A stretch of 64,000 bases of DNA from Leptogorgia sarmentosa (taxonomy: Eukaryota): positions 12,028,001-12,092,000 of the forward strand of contig OZ210885.1 of assembly GCA_964658305.1 (NCBI GenBank), written 5' to 3'. Both the position numbers and the translations under genes were made by a program. Of the stretch, positions 35,473 through 48,519 are shown in pieces. A model generated the notes under the pieces. That model had not been told where the DNA came from. It did not search any database and worked only from the letters and a program-made list of their open reading frames with translations. How positions within the stretch are numbered: the stretch's first letter is position 1; each line of letters begins with the position of its first letter.

Positions 35473-38420
35473 GTCACAGAGCTGTGAAGATGCCGTGTGT
35501 TAGGAAAGCAATATACCCGTTGAAAGGAAAATACGTTAGGCATGAACGACACAAATGACGAAACAAATATATTCAACCGTAATAAGGTTACAAACAGGTA
35601 TAATATGCTCGAAATAATGAACGAACTGCGAAAGACCAAAGCCGGAAGCTAAATCTTCATGGTTTACGTTTATATTTTGCCATACATGATTGTATTGTTC
35701 GCCATTTCAAGCGAGTTTATATCCCTATCAGAATTTATTTGCTGAAAACTCCACTAAAACCTAAAAGTTTTCGCTCTGTTAACACGGAATTTTTAATACT
35801 GATATTACTAATGCTAATAGAAATTGCTCTTGAGGGGAATATGGCTTACTAAGCAAGATTTGCTTACAAATATTTATAGCTGCATTTCATATGACAAGGT
35901 TACAATCATGATTTAATATTAGTGAAATAATATCAGCAATTACGTTGGCTGATAGAAGTCTATCAAAATTCACCTTCTCATTAAACAGGGTGCTCATAAC
36001 AATATATACTGTACACTTTGGTGAATTCAGTGGCTAATTTTGTCCCCTTCATTAATGATTTTTCCTACAGCTTCTCTAAGGCATCCCAGCCCATTCCATA
36101 CAAATTTCTTGGCAGTGACTAAGCCGAGCTGTGTTCAGACATATATTAATAAATGATATAGAAACTCTAACCCTATCATCATTGACTTTATACTGTAGTA
36201 CAGCATGCATCAAATTGTATATTGCATCAGTAGTTTGTGACCTAGCTGGTGATTCCTAGCATGGCACACAAGTCAAGAGCATTCCCTGTTACACAGGGCC
36301 TTCACTTGCTCTAAAAACACCACCAAAACCTCTAGCTTTTTCTCTGCAAACCCACATTCTTTCAGTACAATTATATTATGCTTAATATAAATTTATTAAA
36401 TTGTGAAGACAATTCTATTATTTGCCCAGCAAACAAGTTTTGTGTTACATATATTTATAGCTGTTTTATACCACAAGAATTCAATCATGTTTTGATGTTA
36501 CAAGGATGTCAATCTCCATCAAAAAGTACAAACTACACAACCAGAAAATTGACAAAAAGACAATTTGGAGCATTTTAATACATTGCAGCAACTGTGCCAG
36601 CATGTGTATAATTTTTACTCAATATTAAGACACATTAACTCCCCTCAAAAATTTTCACATTGAGTGAAGTTCTATAAAACCATATTGATTTACATACTGA
36701 TGTTATATTTCACTGCAAATTTCAAGTGTCACAATTGAATTTAGCATGTTTTTACCTCAGATTTAGATCAGATCTACATATTTCATTTGTGTTTTGAAAT
36801 CATAAGGCTAATAAGGGATTGGATTAGATTTGACTACATCAATCTGAATTGAGTTACAACTCATTCTGGATTGAGTCAATTTTGATTTTGATTTCAATCT
36901 GGATGGATTGAATTGCTGATTGAAAATAATGCATTGAATGTGAAATCCTAATTTTATTTCAGAAAGAATATGACTGGGCTGAAACTGCAAAACAAATCAT
37001 GCATGTTTTTTGCCCACATGTTTTCATTCCTTAAATTCCATTTTGCATGTACATAAACTGTCAAGCTAGACATGAGTTTCTTTCTGCCACTTACTGGAAA
37101 AATCCCCTGCCTCTCGCACATTTTACTTAAATTTTCATTGTCAGATATGTTAGCTTATATATGATAAGTTTATAAACTGTTTGAATCTATAAAACCTGAC
37201 TGTCAGGAATTGTAACCATGAGATTCCAGACCAGCATTCTGACCGACCGAGCTATAGAAGTCACTTGTCGAGTAATAACTTAAAGTTCATGTAGATTTAT
37301 CTTGTATTTGTGCAGATGGTTGGTTGTTATTGCTCAGTTGTTATATAATACTGTCCAAACAAAATCAAACTGCCACAGATACTGCCAAAGAACATTAAAT
37401 GTTTTACTTCCCATCCCTGGTCATGATCAGGTCTTAAACATGGTAGCTACAGTATATATAATCCTCGCATTGATTATCTCATTTATTATATATTCCTGTA
37501 CTTTGCCGATAGCTTAGAGTATAGATGGGGGGTGGGGGAGAACAAGGGGAGGGGGCACTGATTTTTTAGTTTGGGTCATGTTATAATAAAGTAGACCACA
37601 ACATTTAGTTGTCTATGAAACATCAATGGAATTGTTGATTTCTTGTCAAAATTAACACTGGGTCTGCCCCATTTTCTTATCTCCTTATAGAAATGTGATT
37701 GGTTCATCTGTTGACATCATCCAACAACAATACATAGTGTGAAAAACTTGATTTTCAACGTGAATCAAGGCTGCCAAATTAGAAAATTTAGTTTCCTGAG
37801 ATTATAAAATAAATTAAGGTAAGTTAATTGTCCAGTAACAAATTTCAGAATGTGGTGAGTATTACCAGCGGATAACAGAATTGACAAGCATGAGGTGCTC
37901 CTTGATCGAGAATCAGTGTTGATAGTTAAGGAAAAGTGCACATATTATTTTCATGAGGGTGAACATGTTAACATCTTTGTTGTCAATGGTTTTCCAATAT
38001 GGTTTTTATTTTAGTCACCTGCATATATAGATTACTTAATGCAATTGTATATATAACCCCACGTGTCTCTCATCTCCCACAATATTTCCTGACAGTGAGC
38101 CCAGTTGTTCAAAATGTCAAACCTTGTGGCATCATTTAATATGTAGATAGTGGAAAAACAAATTGCTGGTTGTCGATAATCAGTCATCGCACTCAGACAT
38201 TAACCCAATTTCAACATAATGTTAAAATTAGGATTTCATTTTTTGTGGGTAGTTTCTCTCCTTTTGTATCTTTATTTCCTTTTGTATCTGTATTTCTAAA
38301 TCTTCATGATTTTGCTGGATCTTCCCATTCTGTTGCCACAATTACCCATGATCCAAGATCTTGCCATGCTCTTGCCAAAATTGCATTATCATTCAATCAT
38401 GATGTTGTAAGATCCTTGGG

Positions 38421-38746
38421 TGGGCGTACGAGGCGGGTGGGGCAAGGGGGGCAACTGCCCCCCAAAAATTCAAATTGGAAAATTCGGGCACTGATTTTGA
38501 GCATAATTCGGGCAAAAATCTGAGGAATAAGGTAATGTCAACAATCCTCCAGTCGTTCACCTGAACGAGCGTACCAAGAAAGTGGAGTTATGACTCTGAA
38601 ATCGCCAGGGGTTGAAACCAGAGGTTGTAAAAGTTAAAAAATTTCTCGCTCGGCGCCAACCATGGTGGCGCCTCGTGAAACTCGCTACCCTCAAATTCGG
38701 GCAAAGATCTTTCTGCCACCCTGAAAAAATGTAGCCCGTACGCTTA
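38421..38746. mobile_element. Degenerate hAT-type MITE
   Basis: TGGGCGTACG ... CGTACGCTTA ends with a GGGGGCAACTGCCCCCC motif. Confidence 0.55.
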
Positions 38747-40405
38747 TCCTGGCAAAACCCACATTAAAGGCCTCGACAAAATTTTCCCAAAATGTTGCAA
38801 GACTCATGCAAGATTTATCTTCATAACATCTCTCCATGTGTGATCAGCAGAAGATTCGACGCTTTGAGCGAAGGCCCTTCGTTGGGAGTTACTTAGTTAC
38901 AAATTGCCGCCGGAAGGTGGGCCTTTACTCGAAATGTCAAATGTGTCGTTTAAGTAGAACCTTTCTATGCTGTCTGTTGATGTTTTTATCAGCTCTTCTT
39001 TGACGTTCGAGATCTTGTCATAATCTTTCTGGATCATCACATGTTGTTGTTGGTGAAAAACAAGCATGGGAAAAGTGGTCTGATGCTTAAAATGTATATA
39101 CAGATGTATACGGATGTATATATGGTGAATGTATTTCTATCGTATGCCTTTTGGTGATGAATAGTGTCAGTGCTTGTATTTACTAATAAATTTTGAAATC
39201 TTCTTTAATTCTGAATGTGTGTAGTTGCTGTCCACCACGAAACGAAAGGCAAAAACCATATTTATTTGCGTTTGTAGGGAGTTCAATTCAAATTTGTTAT
39301 TTGAGTGCAACGTTAAATTCAACTTTTCTGATGGTAGGATCGTATTAACGTAGAAAGGTATGTAAGAAACAACATTGACAGATAGATTATAGAATTCTTT
39401 ATTTTAAGCATTTGGATAAGGCCCTTAATCGAGCAAAACAAGCATCACTATTGATTACACCGATATTCTTCTGTCTCGCGTATCCCGGGAGTGTGCAAGT
39501 ATTCTACTGTGCACTTGAGGCCATCCTTATTGTACACTACGTAAATCTTGTTTCACTGCTACAATATTTAAATAATTGCTACTATCACTGTTGTGCGAAG
39601 ACTCTTGATTGACAAATTTGTACCATATCCAACAAGAATTTTTTTGCCAAAAATACACATCCTAAAAGATCAGAGTAATGAAACTTTTTTTTTGACTACA
39701 TGATATATTTCTGATTTCTCTAGGAACAATCTTTACTCCGGTCGCCTCTTGTGGAAATCAACCTAAGTTTTTGGTAAGTGTGTTAGTATATAATTTTTCA
39801 ACGACTTATCTGTCTATCTAGTACCTCTGCAAAACGGACATTGTTGGTATTTTAGTTTTTTGATGTGTTGGCGTAACCTGTAGCAAAAATATGTAGTGTT
39901 GGTTGACATCATTCATCGTCTGTAATTCATCAACTATTTTAAATCCTCGCTTCGACATCCCCAGACACGGTTGATCCTACGAGATCATGTCGAGATTCCT
40001 TCATGATTCAGTCGTGATTTGTAAGCGGACAACTTTAGTGTAAAAAAGAGTAACTTAAGTGTAAAAAAGAGTAAGCGGACAACTTTATTCGAACGCTTGA
40101 ACTGCTGTAGTTGGAGAAAACAGCCCCAATTATTGGCCAAAATCCACCTGTGTGCAAGTGTTGCTTAACTCATTCACGAGATCCGAAGCAATTCACAACA
40201 CTATACATATTTCACAACATTAAATTTCTAATATTTTTTCATTTTCGGACCATTCATATCATTTTTCGCCGCTTCTCTTCAAATTGTTTACCATGCGATG
40301 CTTACGTGCCTTAGATTTACTGTAAGAATGTAATTATTACGCGAACCACTGAGTATTTTCATGAAATACACTACAACGGTAACTCCGAATAACGTATAAG
40401 CATTT

Positions 40406-40447
40406 TGATTCAACGTTTCGACTTCATTTAGTCATCTTCAGGATTAG
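40406..40447 (-). ncRNA. Minimal hammerhead ribozyme motif in the inverted pLTR
   Basis: The reverse complement reads TAATC-CTGAAGA-T-GACT-AAATGA-AGTC-GAAACGTT-GAATCA. Confidence 0.55.
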
Positions 40448-41403
40448 GATTGGGATGTGATTTTTATCTAAGTTTGTTGGCCAATGTTTTAGGGAATCCG
40501 TTGTGACGCGAAATTCCTGACTTGCTAAATACATGATTATCGCAGTTCTGCACATGCGCAAATGATCCTTGATGATTGTACCAAAACTCAATTTTCCGTC
40601 AACGGTGATCTTTATAAACAATTTCGAATTTCGATGGGTTCGCCTTTAAGTCCAACTTTAGCTAACATCATCATGATGGCATTAGAAGACGAAATAATAA
40701 AAGACCTTTTCGAAAACGATACTATAAAATTCTATATAAGATATGTTGATGACACACAAGTTTTGGCCAAACCGTCTGATATTAACTTGATTTTAAATAA
40801 ACTGAACAGCTACCATCCGGATATACAGTTCACGCATGAGGAGTTCGTCGATAACGAGGTAAATTTTTTGGATATCGAATTAACATCTAACGGCACTTCG
40901 ATTTTTCGTAAGAGCACACACAGAGGCCAGTATATCCATTAATCTAGTTTTACTCCGTGGTCGTCCAAAATTGCATGGATTAGGTCACTTGTGCATAGTA
41001 CTTGCACTGTTTCGTGCAAAGATAAAACACCTAAGGAGTTTCAAAGTTCGGTGGTTTATAAATTTTCATGTCCTGGGTGCGGCAAAACATACATAGGAAA
41101 GACAGACAGATGCCTCTATACAAGACTGAACAAACATGCAATCACAGACAAAAACTCAGAGATTGATAAAAACATTAACACTTGCGAACAATTTAACTAT
41201 CTGAACCTACTGAACAACTGCAACATCATAGACAGGGCTAAGCATTGGTCAAATCGGCTGTTCAAAGAAAAAAATCATTCATCGACAAAAACCGGAACTG
41301 AATCATGGGACTAAAGCATCTAGAGAACTATCGGTTGTCTTCTGATTAGATATCAAATTACGTAGAGTATATATAACGCATGCACATGAAATAGAACCAT
41401 TCC

Positions 41404-41445
41404 TGAATCCTGATGATGACTAAATAAAGTCGAAACGTTGAATCA
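41404..41445 (+). ncRNA. Minimal type I hammerhead ribozyme motif in the pLTR
   Basis: TGAATC-CTGATGA-T-GACT-AAATAA-AGTC-GAAACGTT-GAATCA: core boxes, stem II, palindromic stem III and 5 of 6 pairs in stem I. Confidence 0.65.
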
Positions 41446-43385
41446 AAATGCTTACGTTATTCGGAGTTACCGTTGTTGTGTATTTCATGAAAATACTCAG
41501 TGTTTCCCGTAATTATAAGTAGGCTATGTATATGCATATTTCAGGATGGACAGGATATGTAAAAAGAACAATGTTTTACTTAAGTCTGAGCATAGACGAT
41601 TGTCTATGATCTAAGTTACTTTTAAGCGCTTATTACATTAATATGGCACGGCTTGAATGACACAATTAACGACAGAGATATATTTAATCGTTGTCAGTTT
41701 ACAACTATCCATAATATGCTCGAAATACGGAACAAACTGCGAGGCCACGAAGCCGAATATTTGGAGACAGCGTTGAGTGGTCAATACTTTCCACTCGCCT
41801 TACAAATTCAATAAATCTGGCTTGTCTGATTGTTCAAAACTGGGTTACTCATATAGATTATTTGCGATAGCAAAGTAGGAAGTAAGATAGTATGATTAGG
41901 AAGTGATAGTATGATAGTCAGTTCGTTGGGCAAAGCTAGCTGAGAAATAATAAAAGTAATTCTGAAAACCATAATCTTGTTGCCATTTTCATTCTCCCTG
42001 AAAGAGGTATATGGAAGACAGCGGAAATGCCATTTCCGACTATCAAGAGATTCCAAATTTCTAAAATTTTCTCGCTCAGGCTCAGCGCCAATCCTAGTTG
42101 CGGTGTATGACGTCTCGTGAGCTGCGGTTCCCACCCAAATAAAACCATTTTCTAACGCCCTGTTAACGTATCATTTGGCCCGGCGAGAGAGGGGGCCAGT
42201 GGCCTGTTGCCCCCCCCCCCCCGCCAAATTTTGCAGAGCAACGGGAATGAAAATTGTGTGCCTCTCTCGGTAACGTTAGGGCCGCCCCCTAATATTCCAT
42301 AAGAAAGGGGCCAGAGTCCCTTTTGCTGCCGAATAATTATTTAATTTATCGTTATTGCAGCAAAATGTTTCAATTTATATGAGACCTCGATGATGGCATT
42401 TCTGACGATCTAGAGACCTCAACTTCTCAAAATTTTCTCGCTTCGCGCCTTGTCAGCTTAAACTATCTGTTGTGTTATTTTAGCCCTCTGAGCACACCAA
42501 CCTTTCCCCCACCACTTCAAATTTCGTTCATCCAGGCCTGATCATTTAGTCTCCATTTTATTTACTAGCCCACTCGTCGGGGAACATATCCCCTCCACCG
42601 GGGAGTTGCTGGCGCTACCCGTGAGCTTTACCGGTTATTCATAGGGCGGGGGGGGGGGGGGGGGAGCTAAAGTGTGGGTCTAAACGATGGGTCCAAATCG
42701 ACAGTTTGCTGTGAAAATGGAATTTTAATGCTCGGCATTTGTTCTGCTTAAATCGCAATGTTATACCTACTTTTATTTGGTTATTATTTCATAAAACCTG
42801 GTGCTTGTAATCCTATTTTCCCATCCGGCAGACAAAGGCATTCTGCATTACATATCATCCCGCACAGATTACTATCTTGTAAATCTGATGACCTGCTTTG
42901 GACTTTCCCTTTTACCCCACGTCTTACCTACAAATTACTGAATAATTACATATAATTGTCAAAGGCAGTGGATACTAGATTATGTCAACAAACAGCAAAA
43001 GTTCTACTAATTACCTAAAGGATAAACTAGGATTCGATGTTTTGTGCAACGGCCCTCGGGCATTTTAACACACACTAATTTTTGACTATTGGACTTTGCT
43101 TGAAGCATTAATTCTTATTGCATTTGTTCAGCTAGTGGCAGAACTTTAGCTGCCTGTTGATGTTGTTATTCGGTAGCGGTACCTATATAGCTACTGGCCA
43201 CATGTTGAAGTTTGTTACCAGATGATTCCATACAATTATTTTCAAAGAAACTTCTACTTTCACATTTTTGTAAAACACTTAAAATGTCAGAAAGTAATTA
43301 TGTCTGTACTGTTTACAAAAGCTTTGTGCTTTGGTAGCTAAAATTGTAACACCATTATTTTATATGTTTACTTCATAGAACGATA

Positions 43386-43971
43386 ATGATATCGGAGAAA
43401 GAACAACATTGGGTTTTAGTTGGCATTGCCTTTACCAAAGTTCTTGCACCTGCATTAAGGAAAGTTGTCGCCACTGAACTTGGGAAGTGGTATCATTCTT
43501 TATGCCAACTACCTGATGAAATTCACATGCAAGATTTTGCAGCATACACAAGGAAGAAATTACCCCCTTCCACCCATAACCTACAATATCAAAACATTAA
43601 CAATAACATTATCCACAAGCGTACTAAATCAGCTTATGATTATGCTGTTAAAGATCCTGTCTCGTTGGCGAAACTATTCGTCACGGACTTTATGGCACAT
43701 TTCACTGGATTTGATGAAACCATGGATATGTCAGCACTTTTGACTATTATCGGCAAGGCAGCTCCTTTTGTATCTTCTGGTGCTGCAGCTGAAGCAAACA
43801 AAGTTCGGTCGGACATCAGAAACCCATGGGCTCATTGTAACATATCTGAATGGAAAGTACATAAGTTTAATGCCTCGTTTCAAGGAATGAAATCTTTGGT
43901 CAATTTGTTAAATTTACCAACAGCTGACAGAAAAATAATTTGTGATGAACTAGATTTCTGGAATAAAACAG
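43386..43971 (+). CDS. STAND/NLR-like gene exon: HEPN-like (DZIP3/CXorf38-type) N-terminal domain
   Basis: Acceptor AG ends at 43378 and donor G|GT is at 43971/2 (phase 1). W...GI......PALR, DMSALL and the Rx4H motif RNPWAH (43818-43835). Confidence 0.8.
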
Positions 43972-45212
43972 GTACTGTATTATTAGCATTATTGCCGGAT
44001 GCTCATCATGCCTTTAAATATGTTTTGCGCAGATCATGTTTTATCTCCAGTAAGAAAACCCCCATGTGTTGAAAGAATTTATCTTATTATTTTTATTATT
44101 ATTTTTACATTTATTATTATTATTATCATCCAATTTTATTCATATACGTTTAAAACTATATGTGTTAAATGTCATTCATGTCGTCCATTGTCTAGTCTTG
44201 CAGATAAAATGTGTTGTAAGTAGATAGACTGGTTGATTCGCTGAATTCAGAATATTTCCTAAATTTACCCATCTGGGATCGGTTGATACAACCGACTCCA
44301 GGCTTTCGTTGTCAGAATTAACAAGGGATCACCGGTCAGGTTTGACGAAGCTTGTAAATAAATAAATATATACAATTCAATGCGATTCTCAATACGATCA
44401 ATCGTTGAAATTATATGGGTTCGAACAGGTAAAAAAAATTAAATTCTCCAATAGTGTAGCTATACTTTGAAACTTTACATGGAAATCTAGTGTTGAATTG
44501 GTGACAGTGATTTATTTTTACTTCATATAAGTGCAGAAGTTTAATGCCTTTGATACTGTATATAACATGATATACAGTATAGTACAACTAATATATGCTG
44601 ACATATGCATAAAATCAAAATTTTCACATGAATTAGACTTCGTAAATCGTACTAATTTCAGTTGGACATTTGTGTTCAAAACTTCAATCATTCAAAAGTC
44701 GGGAATGTTTAACGCAATTTTGCCAATTTTTTCATTTTAGTATTAGGCACGCAAAATTGATAGACTTTTCTCGATAAGGATATAAATGCATGGGTAATAC
44801 TAAAATATACAAAATTTCAAAACTTTACAGGGTCATATTTTTCGCATTTTAAAACATTTCTCAACCACACTGCAAAAAATCCATTTCTGGATATGAGTAA
44901 AATGACTCAAAAATTGAGTCAGGATGCTCACGTTTTGAGTGAATTGAAATTGTTACTCAAATAGCTGAGTAAAAATACTCGCATCTGAGAGTAAGCACTA
45001 TTTGCGAGTAATTTTACTCAATCATGCGAGTAATACAATACTCACTATATTGAGTAAAAATTCATCTTGAGTCATTTTAACCAACAACATGAGTAAATTG
45101 ACTCAAAAGGATGAATATTTACTCAACCGCAAAAACAATACTCAAAAATTTGAGTAATTTGAACTATGCAACTCAAAAGTTGAGTAAAGTCAACAAAATG
45201 TCAAAACAATTT

Positions 45213-45747
45213 ACTCACAGATATCCACGACATGAGTAACTTTACTCACAGCTACTCATGACATGAGTAACTTTACTCACAGCTAGCATGACATGAGTAA
45301 CTTTACTCACAGCTAAGCATGACATGAGTAACTTTACTCACAGCTACCACGACATGAGTAACTTTACTCACAACTACCATGACATGAGTAACTTTACTCA
45401 CAGCTACGCATGACATGAGTAACTTTACTCACAGCTACGTATGACATGAGTAACTTTACTCACAGCTACGCATGACATGAGTAACTTTACTCACAACTAC
45501 CATGACATGAGTAACTTTACTCACAGCTACGCATGACATGAGTAACTTTACTCACAGCTACCACGACATGAGTAACTTTATTGACAACTACAATGACATG
45601 AGTAACTTTACTCACAGCTACGCATGACATGAGTAACTTTACTCACAGCTACTCATGACATGAGTAACTTTACTCACAGCTACGCATGACATGAGTAACT
45701 TTACTCACAGCTACGCATGACATGAGTAACTTTACTCACAGCTACTT
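45213..45747. repeat. 30-31-bp minisatellite (~17 copies) inside the EnSpm-type element
   Basis: Unit CATGACATGAGTAACTTTACTCACAGCTACG with variants. Confidence 0.95.
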
Positions 45748-46962
45748 ATGATATGAAGATTGTCATCGTTGCATATACGTAAAAATTTGCATAACTGCCA
45801 ACATGAACCAATCAGTGGGTCCCAAAGGGATACCGTTGAGTCACATAATTGTCTATTCGGCACCTGGAATCCTACACGTGTATCCTGCTTCGTGTTCAGA
45901 GCAAAGTTTCTTGTGGTCGAAGACCCGCTTATACTACCAAAAGTTAAGCTTTTTTAAATCTCGCTATTATGGAGCAAGTCCAGGAATGTTTGAAGAAAAA
46001 TGGTTTTGAAGAATATCGTGGCAGATATTCCTTGGTAAGTTATTGTGGAATAATGTATTAATGCGCTATTTAAGGCGAAGCACGTTTGTCTATATATCTG
46101 CCGATTAACGGTGCCGAGTATTGATGTTTTAAGCCTAGTTATAGGTTTGTGTTTTTGAAATACGTTCTGCTTTGTTTATTTGTGAAAACGGAATTTGCAA
46201 TTGTGACTGTGTGCCAGCCGAAATACCGTATAAGCGGTATAATCAAAGGAGTTTGATGTCACTAAACACCATGAGCAGTGGTTGCTAGTAATCACTCAAC
46301 TAGCTGATGCTATAAATTACCTGCATAACAAAGAAATTCTTCATAATGACATAAAGTGCGACAACATATAGACATATTACTTGTAATCTGCTCGCATTTG
46401 TGTTGTCCAATACTTATTGATTTTAGTAAGGCATGCCTTATCAATAAAGCAAAGAAGAAAGCTCAGACACTTGAGGAACAACAATCACAACACAGTCATA
46501 TTGCTCCGGAAGCAGTCGATGGTACACACACACCCTGACTTAAAAATGATATTTACTCTGCATGTTGATATTGTCGTTTCAAGGATTTATAGCCGTTGCA
46601 ACTACCGACCTTTTGCGAGGAGATGTTTAGAAAAATTCCCTTCCAAGTGTGATACAGAGCAGTTAATGACGCTTGTGAACAGTTCAAAGAGTTAAACTGA
46701 TATACATGCACTGCATGTAACAGTATAATATGCATGTGCTTGATAGTGTACCGTTCACCATGCAATTCAGGGATTAACTTAACATTCTGTAATAACAGTA
46801 TACATGCAAAGTAAACAGACAGTCCTGAAATAAATATCTTAGTATAGGAAATTTTACTATATGCTGTCATATAACATATGCATGTGATTTGTTGCAAACA
46901 ACTCCGCACTCGTGATAAATCTACACATAACTCAATCTCTGCACCTATATTTTGCATTTTAG

Positions 46963-47270
46963 GAGGAATCTACGGTTGAGGAAATCGTCGAAGGTGATCG
47001 GAAAGATTACCCAAAAATTTTTATCAAAGGTGACTGCCGAACACCCGAACGAGTTGTCATTGCGGCAGAACGCACAGTGTTGTTCTCGGTGGAAGGTGTG
47101 GGATCGTCAAAGCAACTTTAGCACTGCTGGAAACGTATTACGTATTTATGTTTGAGTATCCTCAAATATTGAACAACTTTTATCTATATTTGCAAAAATG
47201 CGTTTTAAATATACAGGATGGGAAAAAACGTCCTGCAGCAATTGTAAATTTTGTTAACGATATGGATTAA
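46963..47270 (+). pseudogene. SAMD3-like accessory ORF remnant of the EnSpm-type element
   Basis: After an acceptor: EESTVEEIVEGDRKDYPKIFIKG... (frameshift) ...ALLETYYVFMFEYPQILNNFYLYLQKCVLNI...*. Confidence 0.6.
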
Positions 47271-47439
47271 AGGATTTGTATTACAAATAACTGTTGGACT
47301 GGTACTTGTACTGCATGGCTTTTAGGAAGGAAATTGGTCAGTATAAGAGAGTAAAATTTTGATTTTCCTGGTGCCTTTTCTGTGAGTCAGATTAACTGTA
47401 CTTCCTGGGTAGAATTACTCGTGAGTTTGAGTAAGGTAT

Positions 47440-48050
47440 AATTTTACTCAACATTATGAGTGAGAATTACTCAAAAATTTGAGTCAATTTTCATTTTACT
47501 CAGGATGTTGAGTCACTGTGGGTGCATCTTACTTGAGTCAATTTTACTCAACATTTTGAGTGAGAATTACTCAAAAATTTGAGTCAATTTTCATTTTACT
47601 CAGGATGTTGAGTCACTGTGGGTGCATTTTGCGTGAGTCAATTTTACTCAACATTTTGAGTAAAATTACTCATAAGTTTGAGTAAATTGTAGTTTTACTC
47701 AAGATGTTGAGTCACTGTGGGTGCATCTTACTTGAGTCAATTTTACTCAACATTTTGAGTAAAATTACTCATAAGTTTGAGTAAATTGTAGTTTTACTCA
47801 AGATGTTGAGTCACTGTGGGTGCATCTTACTTGAGTCAATTTTACTCAACATTTTGAGTAAAATTACTCTTAAGTTTGAGTAAATTGTAGTTTTACTCAA
47901 GATGTTGAGTCACTGTGGGTGCATCTTACTTGAGTCAATTTTACTCAACATTTTGAGTACAAGTACTCTTATTTTGAGTAAATTTTACTCAACAATTTGG
48001 GTCACTGTGGGTGCATCGTTTTACTCAGAAATTTGAGTGAAAATACTCAG
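47440..48050. repeat. ~99-100-bp tandem repeat (~6 copies), right subterminal region
   Basis: GTCACTGTGGGTGCAT recurs near 47512, 47612, 47711, 47810, 47909 and 48001. Confidence 0.9.
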
Positions 48051-48424
48051 GGATTTTTTGCAGTGCAGACTTTACAGTTTTACTAACTTTGTGATACTCT
48101 TTAACGCTGTTGCTCTGGATTGTACTATTTCGAAATTTTTGCATGTCTATCATGCAAAAAATCTACTTTACTCAAAACGTCCAACCTGTTTGCATTTTTA
48201 GGTAGTGGGTAGGACATGTGCTGCTTGCTGATGTTGTTATCCTCTATCCACTACACTGGCCGCATATTGAAGTTTGCTAATAGCGACAGCAGACCATGCT
48301 TATCAAATAGCTTGTATGGACAGCAAGGCATGCTTTTTCATGTATCCGTCGTGCTACGCGCATTAGCAGCGATATATTTATAGTGTTTGTGATACTCAAG
48401 ATAAATTTTCTTCATTATTTCCAG

Positions 48425-48519
48425 ACATTCTTGTTGATGGTCGTCACGCAAAACTAATTGCAGAAAGTGTAGCTGAACTTTGCCGTTGTATCAAAAACTA
48501 CGATTTGGACGCCACAAAG
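48425..48519 (+). CDS. STAND gene: candidate short linker exon
   Basis: TTTCCAG acceptor, open frame (D)ILVDGRHAKLIAESVAELCRCIKNYDLDATK, AAG|GT donor. Phase 1 in and phase 0 out fit the neighbouring exons exactly. Confidence 0.6.

Larger units (their letters stand above)
40333..41517 (+). mobile_element. Truncated Penelope-like retroelement with inverted pLTRs
   Basis: RT motifs SMGSPLSP, YIRYVDD and FLD (40562-40942). GIY-YIG motif VVYKFSCPGCGKTYIGKTDR (40991-41314). About 115-bp inverted terminal repeats. Confidence 0.92.
44868..48065 (+). mobile_element. Non-autonomous CMC/EnSpm-type transposon in an intron
   Basis: TIR CACTGCAAAAAATCC / GGATTTTTTGCAGTG and a 2-bp TSD CA. Dense subterminal TGAGTAA..TTACTCA motifs. 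Confidence 0.9.

Noticed and set aside
38850..38945. Hammerhead-like / Penelope pLTR relic (GAAGG..GCC...CTCGAAA)
   Set aside because: The CUGANGA core is not intact on either strand.
45213..45747. CRISPR-like array: constant repeat with short variable parts
   Set aside because: The variable parts are only a few bases and recur, so there are no unique spacers. There are no cas genes, and it sits in a eukaryotic transposon as a minisatellite.
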